This document shows, in pieces, positions 12,713-27,448 of a DNA stretch of 64,000 nt (its first letter is position 1; every line of letters begins with the position of its first letter). The stretch is from Octopus vulgaris (Eukaryota), in contig OX597827.1 in assembly GCA_951406725.2 (NCBI GenBank), forward strand, positions 5,890,001 through 5,954,000, in the 5' to 3' direction. Made by a program: the position numbers and the translations under genes. The notes beneath the pieces are model-generated. The model made no database searches. It was not told the origin of the DNA and was given only the letters and a program-made list of their open reading frames with translations.

Positions 12713-13016
12713 ACAGTTGCAAAAGATCTCCTTGATGAAAACTTTTTAAAAACTTTGCATAGGCCTCTGCGCAGGTATCACCAAGCTTTTGGCAAAATTT
12801 GATGCAGATTCACAGCTCAACTTTCTGTCATGTGATGATCACACACTGCACATGTTCCTTCCAAGCATTGCTGTAAACAGCAGAAGTGAGCTAAAATGTC
12901 AACTTAGCATACATGCACAGCAGAGTTCATGGTCAATCTGTGCCAGGTGGCTTCACTTTGTGTTTTAGCTTCGTCACTATGGCAACAGTCCAGATACTCA
13001 TTGATCAGACGACATA
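12713..13016 (-). mobile_element. Mariner-derived element, partial copy
   Basis: Homologous to both arms of 17960-18738, including the terminal CTATGGCAACAGTCCAGATACTCATTGATCAGAC. Confidence 0.7.
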
Positions 13017-13046
13017 TGTTTGTGTATGAGTATATATATATATTTA

Positions 13047-13079
<33 letters not shown>

Positions 13080-14260
13080 GTATATATATATATACACACA
13101 CAAACGCAGATATATATGTATGTATACACATACATGCATACATGTATATATATATGTGTTTGCATGTGTGTAGATATGTATGTATATGTGTCTGAATGTA
13201 TTTTTATGTGTGTTTGTGTATGTGTTTGTCAGTATTCATTTCCCCCACTTGACAACTGGTATTGATTTATTTGTGTTGTCATAACTTAAAAATTCAGTAA
13301 AAACAACAAAAAAAAAGTAAGAAATAAAACCCTCCAAAACATCACAAAAAAAATAAAACCCAGCCTTAAAACATGTACAGGGGATGATTTGATCGACTAA
13401 ACCCTTTATAGTGGTGTCCCAGCCTGGCCCCGTTCCAGTGACCGAAACAATTAAAACAGTGAAAGAATACCATTTTGAAAAGGGAGACAGACATATTGGA
13501 TAATTCAAGTCCTAGACAACCATTGGAAGCAACATTGATCATAGGCTTACTAAAACAAGACTGACCTAGGGTTAAATAACAGCAGCAACAACAACAACAA
13601 AAATAAGAGCAACAAATTTTGTTATTAAGTGGCACACACATATAATCTGAATGTAAATTCTTCAAAAGCTGTGAATGTTATGCATTTGTAATATCAAGTG
13701 ATAGGTTGTTTTGTGCACAGAGCTCTCGACTATAAATTCATAACACCTCCGATGTCTTGGACACTTACACCTCTCAAAGAATAACAGAAGCAGTAGATAT
13801 TGGTTGGCACTGACCAAGAAATTAAATTCAGATTTTCTTTGACCACTTCTCTCTTACTCTAACACTAGCTTTCTCACTAATTCTCTATCTCTCTGTCTCT
13901 CCCTATCTTGCGCTAAACACACACACAAATGCGCATACATACCTACATACCTACTTATTACCTATCTCCATATATATACACATAAATGTTTGTATGTATA
14001 TATATATGCATATGCATACATATGTATGTCTATCCACCAATGCAGTGTTGAACACTCATTTTCCTTGTTTGACATTTACATATATATATCTATATTCTTT
14101 TATTCTTTTACACATTTTAGCACTAAGGCTGTGGCCATGCTGAGGCTATATATACATATATATACAAGCATATATATATGCATATATATATTTACATATA
14201 TATCATGTACATGCTACCTACACACACACACCACACACAGATATATATATATATATATAT

Positions 14261-14444
14261 ACTTTTCTACTCTAGGCATAAGGCCCGAAATTTTGGGGGA
14301 GAGAGGTCAGTGAATTAGATTGATCCCAGTATGCAACTGGTACTTAATTTATTGACCCTGAAAGTATGAAAAGCAAAGTCGACCTCGGAACAGACGAAAT
14401 GCTACTAAGTATTTTGCCCATCATGCTAACGTTTCTGCCAGCTA

Positions 14445-14445
<1 letters not shown>
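14261..14445 (-). mobile_element. SINE family B (B2 tail variant), internally deleted
   Basis: AAAGTCGACCTCGG and CCCAGTATGCAACTGGTACTTAATTTATTGACCC blocks. Confidence 0.75.
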
Positions 14446-14476
<31 letters not shown>

Positions 14477-15984
14477 TATTATAATTATTAGGGAATATTA
14501 CTTCCAAGTACACAGGAAAAAGACATTCAAATTAGATGTACTAAAATGAACATCTCTCAATGTTTAATTCATATATATAAAAGTAATTTTAGAGACAGAA
14601 CCACCTTCAACTCAATCAACACTGAAAGGTTTTATACCCATTACTCTATAAAATGTTAAAAATTAAATCTTATACTAATTATATCTATTCATAATTCTGT
14701 ATTTCTGTTTATAAGACTACATGTGTTACGTGAAAGTACATCTGTATTGATTAGATACGAGGTATCTAGTTTCAATACTTATTCGGGTGGAGATACTTCC
14801 AATCTTCAGGTCTGGATACCTCAACATTTTTCACTACCCTTATCTCTTATATACTTCCATGATACTCTGTATCTTCAATATAATCTTACTTAACATGTAA
14901 AAATGGATAGAAATACAAATAATGAATAAAAATAATAACTGAATATTAAAAATTAAAGGAGTAAAAATTTAAGGAATAATTTTTCCTTGAAACGACAAAC
15001 ACACACACATACACACACACACACCACTGACGCCGCTGCCGCCATCATCATCATCCTCATCATTATTCATCATCATCATCATCATCATTTAACGTCTGTT
15101 GTCGATGCTAGCATGGGTTGGATGGTTTCATTGGGTTGGCACGAGGGAAAGCTGTGCCAGGCTCCAGTCTGATTTGGCATGTATATATATACTCGATCCG
15201 TAGCCTCATGAGACTGATGGCTGCCTACTATATATTATTATATATATGTATATGTATATATATGTGTGTGTATGTGTGTGTGTGTGTGTACAATGCTTTT
15301 TTCCCACACAGTTGCTGTCTTCCAGATCCACTTACAAAGCATTAGTCAGCTAGGTCTATAGTAGAAGACATTTTGCCCTAGGAGCCATGCAGTGGGACTG
15401 AACCTGAAACCATGCGGTTGCCATGTGAACTTTCTAACTTGTGCCTGTTTTTACTATTCTTAATTAATACTCTTGTGAATTCTTTCTTTCATCATCACTA
15501 ACGACAACAGCCAAAAATAAATCTGTCTCTCGTTACACATAATGTAATTTGAAGATTTTTCTATACTTTTTTTTTTATCTTTTAACTGTTTCATTTACGT
15601 TATTTTGTTTTTGTTTAGTTATTCACTTTGGAATGTTGAATCTCTTTCACTCACAATTTCTCAACTTAATAAGAATTATTGAATTTCGTCAAGGAAGTTA
15701 CTCATCAGAGTTGTGACCAACAAGACGGTTCAATTTTCACAGTTTTATAGTAAAAATCAAGCCTTTCTCTTCCTTTTATCATTTTCTTAAAACTTCCCAA
15801 ATTTGTTTCTTTGATTACAATTTACAGAAAAACAAAATTAAGTACAAAAAATTTCAAACAAGCCAAAAAGGCAAATGAAAGATTATACTCATCTAAATAG
15901 AAGATTTCACAAATGCAAAGGTGTGTAATCAAGGAAGGTGTTCTTTTCCTATATAGTAAATTAAGCAATGGTAAGAGTCTCTTT

Positions 15985-16655
15985 CATAGTGGCAACTGTG
16001 GCAGTGGTGGCGGTGGTGGTGGTGGTGGAGGAGGAAGCAATAGTTGTGGTGGTGGTGGTGGTGGTGGTGGTGGTGGTGGTGGAGGAGGGAGCGATAGTTG
16101 TGGTGGTGGTGGTGGTGGTGGTGGTGGTAATGACAGTGGTGGTGCTGGTGATAAAAGTTGCAGTGGTGATGATGGTGGAGGTGGAGGTGGGGGGGATGTA
16201 GCTGGGCTGGTGATGATGTTGGCAGTTGAAATGTTGGATGAGGTTGTGGCAGCAACTGTAGTGGTGGTGGTAGTAGTGGTGATAGTGGCAGTGGCAGTGA
16301 CAGGTGATGCTGGTGATGATGGTGATAGTTGGTGGTGGGGACGATGGTGGAAGTGGCTAGGGTGGTGATTTTGGTGTTGGTGTTGGCAGTTAAGGTGGTA
16401 GCAGCAATTGTAGTGGTGGTGGTGGTGGTAGTGATGGTGGTGGTTGTGTTGGTGGTGGTAGTGGTGGTGGTGGTGGTAGTGATGGTGGTGGTTGTGTTGG
16501 TGGTGGTAGTGGTGGTGCCAGTGGTGGTGCCGGTGGTGGTGGTTGTGTTGGTGGTGGTAGTGGTGGTGGTGGTGGTAGTGATGGTGGTGGTTGTGTTGGT
16601 GGTGGTAGTGGTGGTGGTGCCGGTGGTGGTGGGTGTTGCTACTGCTACTACTGCT
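15985..16655 (+). repeat. Imperfect (GGT)n trinucleotide tract
   Basis: Visible directly; source of spurious poly-G/V/H ORFs. Confidence 0.9.
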
Positions 16656-16669
16656 ACTACTACTGCTAT

Positions 16670-17040
16670 TTTGTTTAATCTTTGGTCAGCCTTGATGGAA
16701 CACGCTTGTGATCAAGTCATTCCGTCCATGGCTATCCTATCCTATATTTTGTTTTTCGCAACATAGTACACTCGAGTCTACATGTGTGCTTCCTTTACCA
16801 AAAATAGGATGTAATTTGAAGGAGATTTGGCTGTTATTTCTTGCTAATTGAGTGACTACATAAGAGTTCATTGACTCTTGTTATTGTTGTTGGTGTTGTT
16901 ATTGTACATATTATTATCGGTGGTTGCGATGTCCTTGCTTTCATGGCTTAACCCTAGATCATCTATGATTAAGCAGGTAACCCATAATCAAAGACATTCC
17001 AGTTATGGCAATCCCATTTGTTTTCTTGTTCAGGTATGAC
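16670..17040. mobile_element. Old unclassified dispersed repeat (family E) fragments
   Basis: Motifs like GGTCAG...TGATCAA...CATTCC and GTAATTTGAAGGAGATTTGGCTG..ATTTCT recur at ~13510-13575, 19160-19290, 24455-24515, 29990-30050, 30450-30520 and 52720-52870. Confidence 0.45.
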
Positions 17041-17049
17041 TGTTTGTAT

Positions 17050-17453
17050 ACTCTTTTTACTTGTTTCAGTCATTTGACTGCGGCCATGCTGGAGCACCGC
17101 CTTTAGTCGAGCAAATCGACCCCGGGACTTATTCTTTGTAAGCCCAGTACTTATTCTATCAGTCTCTTTTGCCGAACCGCTAAGTGACGGGGACGTAAAC
17201 ACACCAGCATCAGTTGTCAAGCAATGCTAAGGGGACAAACACAGTCACACAAACACATACACACACACACACACATATATATACATATATACGACAGGCT
17301 TCTTTCAGTTTCCGTCTACCAAATCCACTCACAAGGCATTGGTCGGCCCGGGACCATAGTAGAAGACACTTGCCCAAGATGCCACACAGTGGGACTGAAC
17401 CCGGAACCATGTGGTTGGTTAGCAAGCTACTTACCACACAGCCACTCCTGCGC
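17050..17453 (-). mobile_element. SINE family A, young copy
   Basis: Near-identical to 7844-8262 and 47356-47795; followed by diverged plus-strand family A pieces at 17455-17955. Confidence 0.9.
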
Positions 17454-17959
17454 CTATATGAAAGTTCCTTTGCAAACATGTGGTTTTGGGTTCAGTCCCA
17501 ATGTACGGGTAAGTGTCAGCAAATATAGCCCTAGGTTGATCAATGCCTTGTGAATGAATTTTTTGATAGACAAAAACTATCTCAAAGCTTACTTTGTGTG
17601 TATCCATATATATATATATAGGTGCAGGTGTGGCTGTGTGGACAGGTGTTTTCTGTTATAGCCTTGGGCCAACCAAAGCCTTGCGAGTGGTCTTAGTAGA
17701 CAAAAACTGAAAGGCAGTCTGACATATATATATGTGTGTGTGTGTGTGTATATTTTTGTATGTATGTATATATGTGTGTGTATGTATACATTTATGTGTG
17801 TGTGCGTTTGCCTCCTGCCACCATTACTTGACAACCAATGTTGGTGCACTTATGTACCTGTAACTTAGCGGTTCAGTAAAAAAGGACCAATAAAATAAGT
17901 ACTAGACTTTAAAAAGAAGCTTCCTGGAATTGATCTATTCAACTAAAATCCTTCAAGTT

Positions 17960-18738
17960 TTAACTTTCTAGCTTGCTCTCTCTGTTTACAGCAGTGCTTG
18001 GAAGTAACGTGGATAGCATGTGACCACCACATTGACGATGACAGAAAATGTTGAGCAGAGAATCTGCATCAAATTTTGCCAAATGCTTGGTGATACCTGC
18101 TCAGAGCCTTACACAAAGTTTTCAAAAACTTTCATCCTTCTTAGAGCTATCAAGGAGATTTTTTGTGCAACTGAAACCCAAGTGTATTTTTGGTCAGCTG
18201 AAAGCAGTTTGGGGACAAACTTGGCAGATATACATCTCATCCCCAAATCTTCAGTGATAATGGACTGAACTGTACCATAACTAATCTGCACAACCTCTAA
18301 TAACTCACGGATGGTGATTCAATGATTTCCCTTTACAGCTGCATGCACATCTGCAATGATTTTCTCAGTTCTGCTGGTTGCGGGTCTCCCAGAAGGTTTG
18401 TCAATATCGACAATTTTTCAGCCATCTTGGAAACGTCTCAACCACTTGCACACTTGTGTGCATCTCATACACTCCTCTCCATACACTTTCTGCAAGTTTG
18501 CATAGGCCTCTGAGCAGGTATCATCATGACACTTTCTCTGTCCTGGTCAATGTGATGATCACACACTACACACCTTCCTTCCAAGCACTGCTGTAAACAG
18601 TAGAAATAAGCTAGAACGTTAAAGCTTTGTGTGCATGCACAACAATGTTCAAGGTCAATCATTGCCAAGCAGCTTCACTCTGCCTGCTTTAGCTTTGTTA
18701 CTATGGCAACAACCCGGATACTTATTAATCGGACCTCA
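17960..18738. mobile_element. Fold-back mariner derivative with transposase 5' ends on both strands
   Basis: Plus strand MTENVEQRICIKFCQMLGDT. Minus strand LQKVYGEECM...KWLRRFQDG...SGRPATS...ISYGTVQSIITEDLGMRCISAKFVPKLLS (WVPHEL-type motif). Mariner-like end TA-TGAGGTCCGATTAATAAGTATCCGG. Confidence 0.8.
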
Positions 18739-18763
18739 TATATATATATATATATATATACAT

Positions 18764-18808
<45 letters not shown>

Positions 18809-18974
18809 TATCCTCTATGCCTACGTAGGTTGTTTTGAGTATATGTTGTCTGGGAGTTACCTCTTATAGTAGAAGAAATACCTTCTAAGTTATATGATGT
18901 ATAAAAACATGTAATATACAAATAAATATCTGTAAATATAAACCATCTAATTTTCTGAGTACCTCATTTCTTCT

Positions 18975-19020
<46 letters not shown>

Positions 19021-19652
19021 TTAGTTGTAGGATTTAGTAGAATCTAGGTGTACCAATGTGTAGGATGTCAGAAATAGCTAGGTACAATAACATAGGGTTC
19101 ACAACAAGGTAAAACAATGAAATGATCAAGTGTCTGTAGGATATTATATGTAAGTAAGTACAAATCTCATTTTCCTTTAAACACAACCCATCTATGATTA
19201 CATTATCCAATACCCTCTTCTCTAAAACTTTCACATGTGATTTGTAAGGGAGATTTTGCTACTATTTCTAGCATATCGAATACCCATATGTTGCCTCTTT
19301 CATTGGCAGCCAAGACAGACATGATGATGATTCAGCTGCGCACTTAGCAAATAAATTAATGATTAATGACTAGCTTATTAGGAAAAGGTTCATCTTTCAA
19401 TATTGAACCCTTCAACACATAAAGACAGCTACATCTTCGATTTTTCCATAGCACATCCTTTTTACAATCTGAGCATTGCATTGCCCTGTTGTTGTAGATA
19501 GTATTTCTATTGCTGTACTTCTGGTTGCTGTTGTTGTTGTTATTGTTGCTGTTGTTGTTGGTCGTCATTGTTGCTGTTTTTGTTATTTGTTGTTGTTGTT
19601 GCCCTCATTCATTATCGTTGTTGTAGTTGTTACTCTCTCTCTCTCTCTCTTT

Positions 19653-20017
19653 CACTCTTTTACTTGTTTCGGTCATTTGACTGCGGCGGCCATGCTGGAG
19701 CACCGCCTTCAGTAGATCGAGCGAATCGACGCCCAGAACTTATTCTTTGTAAGCCTAGTGCTTATTCTATTGGTCTCTTTTGCTGAACCGCTAAGTTACG
19801 GGGACGTAAACACAGACATACAAACACACACACATATATATACATATACATATATACAATGGGCTTCTTTCAGTTACTGTCTACCAAATCCACTCACAAG
19901 ACTTTGTTCGGCCTCAGGCTATAGTAGAAGACACTTGCCCAAGGTGCCACGCAGTGGAACTGAACCGGGAACCATGTGGTTGGTAAGCAAGCTACTTACC
20001 ACACAGATACATCTGAG

Positions 20018-20063
<46 letters not shown>

Positions 20064-20249
20064 TATATATGTATATATATATATTTATATACGATGGGCT
20101 TCTTCCAGTTTCCATCTACCAAATCCACTCACAAGGCTTTGGTTGGCCCAAGACTACAGTAGAAGACACTTGCCTAAGGTGCCATGCAGTGGGACTGAAT
20201 CCGGAACCATGTGGTTCGTAAGCAAGCTACTTACCACACAGCCACTCCT
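19653..20249 (-). mobile_element. SINE family A copy plus a second head half
   Basis: Internally deleted copy at 19653-20020 and a head half at 20090-20249. Confidence 0.85.
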
Positions 20250-20544
20250 TGATGCTTTCATTATGTTGTTGTTGTTGTTATTGTCGTTGTTTCAGTGGTT
20301 GCACTTGTCATTGTTTTTGTTGCCATTCTACATGATATTATGATATTTAATTCTTACTCTAATAGTTGTTGCAATAGGAAGTGCTAGATGGAATATCAGT
20401 GCAAAAATACCAAATTTCTGCTCCTCAATTCTGACATGATAGAGTTTAATGAAAACACAACGTCAGAGTAATCAGAAGAACAAAACCAGAAGATATTCCA
20501 TTCTAATTATTGGAAAGAGGGAAATAGTGGCAGTGATGATGGTG

Positions 20545-21535
20545 GTGGTGTGTGTGTGTGTGGGTAGGTGTCTATGTGTGTGTGTGCAAAAGAGAGAGGG
20601 AGTGTGTATGTATGTGTGTATTTTTGTGCATATATGTGTGTGTGTATGTGCATGAGTGTGTTAGTGTTTATGTGCATGTGTGTGGATGTCTGTATGTGAG
20701 TATGCATGAGTGTGTATGTGTGAGAGTGTGTGCATGCATGTGAGTGCAATTTTGTGCATGTTTGTGCGAGTGGATGTGCATGAAAGCGTGTGTGTGTGTG
20801 TGTGTGTGTGTGCATGTGTGAGAGTGTATGTGTATGTCAGTATGAATGTCTGTATGTGTGTACATATATGTATGCATATGTGCATGTACATGCGTATGTG
20901 CGAGAGTGTATGTGTGTGGGTTCCTGTGTGTTATGTGTGTGTGTGTGTGTGTGTGGTACGTGTGTATGGATGTATGTGTGTTGAGTTTACATATTAATGT
21001 ATGTTTGTGTGTGCATGTATGTGTGTTGGCATTCAACTGTGTGAATGTGTGCATGGATGTCTGTGTTTGAATGAATGAATGAATGAATATGTATGTGTGT
21101 GTGTGAGTGTATGTGTTTGAGTTTGCATATGAATGTATGCTTGTATGAGTACGTGTGTGTGTGCGTGCGCATGTGTGTATGTGTGTGTGTATGTGTGTGT
21201 GTGCATGAATGTGAGCACGGATGTATGCGTTTGAATAAATGAATGAATGAATATGCATATGTGTGTATGAGTGTATGTGTTTGAGTCTGCATGTAAATGT
21301 ATGCTTGTATGAGTACGTGTGTGTGTGTGCGTGTGTGTGTGTGTATGTGTGCGTGAATGTGAGCATGGATGTATGCGTTTGAATTAATGAATGAATAAAT
21401 ATGTATGCGTGTGTATGTGTGCATGTGTTTGAGTCTGCATGTAAACGTATGCTTCTATGAGAGCGTGCGTGCGGACGTCCATGCGCATGCATGCGTGTGT
21501 GTGTGTGTGTGTGTGTGCATGTGTACACGCGCATG
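20545..21535. repeat. Complex (TG)-rich satellite with ~150-165-bp higher-order unit at 21040-21470
   Basis: GGATGT...GTTTGAAT...GAG.TTGCAT...GTATGCTT.TATGAG recurs three times (markers near 21055, 21219 and 21367). Confidence 0.8.
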
Positions 21536-23261
21536 TAATTCTAAGCCACCAGAAGCCGCTTCATTAACGGAGAGTCTGATCAGCTGTTTCAAATGCTTCT
21601 TGGCATCTTGTGTGGATTAATCATGCAGCAACGAAAGAGAGCAAAGAGCTTGGTAAGATGACAGCAGTTTGCAAAGTATGGGGTGAATAAGAGAATAAAC
21701 CTTTGACATTGAATCCACGAGGATTTTCTCGCTTTCTAGCATGACCTCAATCAAAATAAAGCCATTATGAGATTGCATGCGATAAGTGTTAGTTCTCAAA
21801 CTGATGCTAATTAATGAGGTAGTATTTGAAATTATAACATTTTTTTTTTTTTTTTCATGTGATGAGATAGCTTCAGAAATGGTTACAATTTAATCATCAC
21901 TTGAATAACAAAATGTGTTAGAAAAATAGTCAGATGGTTCCACATGAATATACATACAAGCATGCATATATGAATATATGCATATGTATATGAGCAAACA
22001 TATATATATATATATATACATTCAAGCATACAAGCATATGTGCATATATACAAACATGCATTCATACACACACGCACACATGCATATATACATACATGCT
22101 TACATACATACAAATATGCATGCAGACTTGCATACACATGCACATACATATACATACATACATGCACACATATATTACATACACATAAGCCTACATACGT
22201 ATGTACAAGTAAGTATTCATAGATTCATGTATGCATACTAGCATACATACACGCATACATTTATATACATACATATACATACATATACAGACAGACACAC
22301 ACACACATGCATATATATATACACACAGATATGTATTTGATCATAAGCACACTGACATTGTCACTGAAGCCTCATGTTTACATTGAAGGTCATTCATACA
22401 GAATGTGTTAAACCATACATCTTCTGACACCACTTTGCACGCATACTCGTCTTTATTCATATTCATATCATTATTCAGAAGCACACACACACACATACAC
22501 ACACACATGCATGCATACAGGCGTCACATCGAACAGCCACCATCATATCACACACTCATGTATACATTTAAAATCACTCACAAAATACATGTAAAAGTCA
22601 CACATTGTCAGACACTGCTGCATACGTATACACAATGTTCTTCATTATATATTCATGCAAATAGTCAGAAGCATACGTATCCACACAAGCATACAGACAC
22701 ACACGTACATAGAGACATACATATACACACAAACATATATACATAGTCATATATACACTCACACACATATCTCATCACATCAGAATGTGTAACATCACAG
22801 ACACATGTATACATTTAAAATCACACTCGGACAGTGTAAAAGATATACTTTTATAGATAACCTTGTGCATACATATACACACATATACATACATATATAT
22901 ATACCCATTTCTTAGAGATCTCCACAAATAAGCACAGAAAACAGTCATATGCAAATCAAGCTAACACACTCACATCCAATTTGCATATTCATAAAAGTGT
23001 GCACACAAGAAAGCACGTTATTTTTATACACATAGAGACTTAAAGATAGAAACGCATTCAAGCAGCATCGCACACATATACTTGTGTGTGTGTGTGCATG
23101 TGTGTGTGTGTGTGTGTGTATTTAATACATGTACATACACATAAACATATCATGCACACACACACACAGATCTATATACATACATATACACACACATATA
23201 TGTACATATATATATCTGTACATACATACATATATATATATATACATAGATACATAGATAC

Positions 23262-23294
<33 letters not shown>

Positions 23295-23556
23295 GATACA
23301 TAGATACATACATACATATATATATATATATGCATAGATACATACATACATACATACACACACATACATACATACATACATACATACATACATACATACA
23401 TACATACAAACAAACACATACAGACATTTATAGAAGTACACACACTGGGAAACACATTAATTTTATACACATAGCCACTTAAAGACACAAACTCATTCAA
23501 GCACTATTACATTCACACACGTATATGTATACACATACACGACATTACATCTATAT

Positions 23557-23589
<33 letters not shown>

Positions 23590-23888
23590 CACACATATTG
23601 ACAGAACACATTCAGACACCCACACATATTCTCCAATGAAAAGTTATTCATCTTATCAGGATTTTTAATCTTCAGATCTTGTTCTAGAAATGTTCTCCAA
23701 TTTTCAGAGTCACAGTTAACTCAATTAAGCAAACAAAATTCATTCTTGTTAATTAGAGTCTTCAAGAATTATTTTTAACTTTGATATTTTAGTTAACATT
23801 TTCCTCAAACTAACATTCAAATTTTAGTAATAATTGGTGCCGTTGCCGAATATATTAACTCAACTTTCTCCAATAACATTTGTATGTG

Positions 23889-23920
<32 letters not shown>

Positions 23921-24132
23921 TGTATGTATGTATGTATGTATGTATGTATGTATGTATGTATGTATGTATGTATGTATAGTATGTATGTATGTATGTATGT
24001 ATGGTATGTATGTATGTATGTATGGTATGTATGTATAGTATGTATGTATGCATGTGTGTATATATTTATGTATGTATGTGCATACAGTACAGACAGACAC
24101 ACACATGTATATAATATATGTATGTATATATG

Positions 24133-24191
<59 letters not shown>

Positions 24192-24594
24192 ATATATATA
24201 CATGTATATATACATACATACATACATGCACACATACGTACATACACATGGACATAAGAGGAGAAAGAGAGAGTAAGAAAAATGGAGTGAGAGAGAGGGA
24301 GAGGGAAAGAGAGAGCACATCAGAGCCGACTGTTCTGAGATCAAATCCTGCCAGTACTTTGGCTGGTCGTTCTTATAGAGTAAAAATAAGGAAAATAAAC
24401 TGTAAAAGTGAATGAGATTTTTATGAAAGTGGTGACGTTGATGTGATGCTGCTGTTGTTTAGCCCTTGGTCAGATCTGATTAAGCAGGCCTATGATCAAA
24501 AACATTACAGTCATGTAGTTATATAACTGAAAGATGAAAAGTTTTCTTCCAACTTTGAAGTGCAGATAATGATGATCTTCATCATCACCAGCAT

Positions 24595-25045
24595 TAAACT
24601 ATCACCACCACCACCACCACCACCACCACCACCATCACTACCATCACCACCACCACCACCAAAACCACTACAACCACCACCACCACCACTACCACCATCA
24701 CCACCACTGCTACCACCACCACCACCACCACCACCACCACCACCACCATCACCACCACTGCTACCACCATCACCACCACCACCACAACCACCGCTACCAC
24801 CACCACTATCACCACCACCGCTACCACCATCACCACCACCACCACCATCACCACCACCGCTACCACCATCACCACCACCACCACCATCACCACCACCACC
24901 ACCATCATCACCACCACCGCTACCACCACCACCACCACCACCACCATCACCACCACCGCTACCACCACCACCACCACCACAACCACTACAACCACCACCA
25001 TTACCACCTCCACTACCCTCATTACCCCCCCCTGCCACCACCATC
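24595..25045 (+). repeat. Imperfect (CCA)n tract
   Basis: Visible directly; source of spurious poly-P/G/V ORFs. Confidence 0.9.
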
Positions 25046-25450
25046 CTTCGTTTTTCTGTCCAGTTCCTCTTGGCTGGTATGAATTGGACAAGACGTCTCG
25101 AGATGGTTTTCAATGGCCAGTTGGCCTTCTTGATGCTAACACACATTCTTTTTAATTAAGGTAATTTATTTCACATCCTCGAACATTGAACCACTGTCGA
25201 AGTGGTGTCAATGTGAATACATGCAAAGACAAACGCATGCACATGCAGACATACACATACACATACACAGACATATATATGCTGGTATGTGTCAGGAAGA
25301 ATTCAGCTTAGTTGGCTTATATTAACGCAAAGGAACTATTGAACCAGACTCTATATCTGGCTTGATAAATTGAATAGAAAACGGAATGAGGCTTTATAAC
25401 AAAAGGTATACATACACATATACATACATATGTACATATATATATGTATA

Positions 25451-25515
<65 letters not shown>

Positions 25516-25536
25516 GTGTATATTTATATATATATA

Positions 25537-25646
<110 letters not shown>

Positions 25647-26959
25647 ATATATATATATTTATACACACACACACATATATATACAGATAGATAGATACAT
25701 AGATAAACAGACAGACAGACAGATAGATAGATAGATAGATAGATAGATGGATAGATAGACATTCACATGCACGTATACACATACACATAGAGACATATAC
25801 ACACACATTCACGCATACAAACACACACACACACATATATACACAGATATTCATATATATATGTGTATTCATATATATTTATATATATTCGTGTATATAT
25901 ATATTCATATATATATACATATATACAGGCACACATATGTAAATATATGTGTGAGCGAATGTGCGCGTGTTTGTGTGTGTGTGCACCTGTGTGTGTGTAT
26001 GTGAGTGTGTTGTGTGTGTGTGTGTGTGCGTGTGTGTATATGTGTGTTGTGTGTGTGTGTGTGTGGTTGTGTGTGTGTATGCATGTGTCTAATACGAGGG
26101 CATGATTTTGGAGGCACAGTGGCTTATTGCTAATGAGATGCTACGGTATGGATGTAAGGTAATACTCGCTAAGCCTGATGAACAAAAAAAAAAAAAACAA
26201 GAGATGGGAATATCATGACTTAAGAGCTGTCTAAAGGATTAAGGTAGAAGGTAGATTTATAAATTAATTCTAGTGTTCTAAAGATATACCAGCGAATCAT
26301 AAGGGATGATGTGGAAGATATCGCTGCACTGATAAAACACTCTAATGAGACAGATGTAATCCTTCTAGCTGTATCAATCATGGTTGTTCACTCTCAACAC
26401 TGCTTCATTTAGCGGAAATTTAGGCTTGGTAGGTTGCGTATATCATATAGCTATTTTGTATATTTATATATATGTTTATATTTATTTCGGATATGTGTGA
26501 ATATCACCCTCGTCGTCATCATGACAATAATGATATCCAAAACCAAAAGCAACGCTGTCACCACTGTCATCGTTATCATATATTTCGTCATCGTCATCGT
26601 CATCATATTGTTGTCGCCGTCGGCATTGTCACTGTCATCACCAACAGGAACATTGTCGTTGTCATTGTCATGCTCATCCTCATTGTCATTGGCAATGACG
26701 ACATCATTATCATCATCATCATCATCATCATCATCATCGTCGTTGTCATCGTCATCATCTTCCTATTCTTCCTCCTCCTCATCCTCCTCTTCCTTATCAG
26801 CATCCTCATCATTGTTGCCATGATTTTCATTCTTGTTATCGTCATCACTGCCATCATTGTCTTAGTTATTATCATCATTGTCAGCATTGTCATCACCATC
26901 ATACAAATATGTATATATGTGTATGTATAAAGGCTTTTCTAAAATAAATATACACTTCA

Positions 26960-27448
26960 GGTGTAGGAGTGGCTGTGTGGTAAGTAGCTTGCTTACAAAC
27001 CACATGGTTCCGGGTTCAGTTCCACTGTGTGACACCTTGGGCTAGTGTCTTCTACTATAGCCTTGGGCCGACCAAAGCCTTGTGAGTGGATTTGTTAGGC
27101 GGAAACTGAAAGAAGCCTGTCATATATGTAGATATATATATGTGTGTGTGTATGTGTGTGTGTGTGTGTGTGTGTGCGTGTGTGTGTGTATATGTTTGTG
27201 TGTCTGTGTTTCTGTGTTTGTCCCTCCAGCATTGCTTAACAACCGATACTGGTGTGTTTACATCCCCATAACTTAGCGGTTCGGCATAAGCGACCGATAG
27301 AATAAGTACTAGGCTTACAAAGAATCAGTCCTGGGGTCAATTTGCTCGATTAAAGGCAGTGCTCCAGCATGGCCACAGTCAAATGACTGAAACAAGTAAA
27401 AGAGTAAAAGAGTAAAGAGTAAAAGAGTAAAGAGTAAAGAGTAAAGAG
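26960..27448 (+). mobile_element. SINE family A with long (AAAGAGT)n tail
   Basis: Full head, internal (TG)n and about seven tail repeats. Confidence 0.9.

Noticed and set aside
15913-16766. Gly/Val/His-rich ORFs
   Set aside because: Translations of a (GGT)n tract that is open in several frames; no splice or domain support.
24511-25159. Pro-rich (extensin/formin-like) and Gly-rich ORFs
   Set aside because: Translations of a (CCA)n tract. Its complementarity to the (GGT)n tract at 16 kb is expected for simple repeats.
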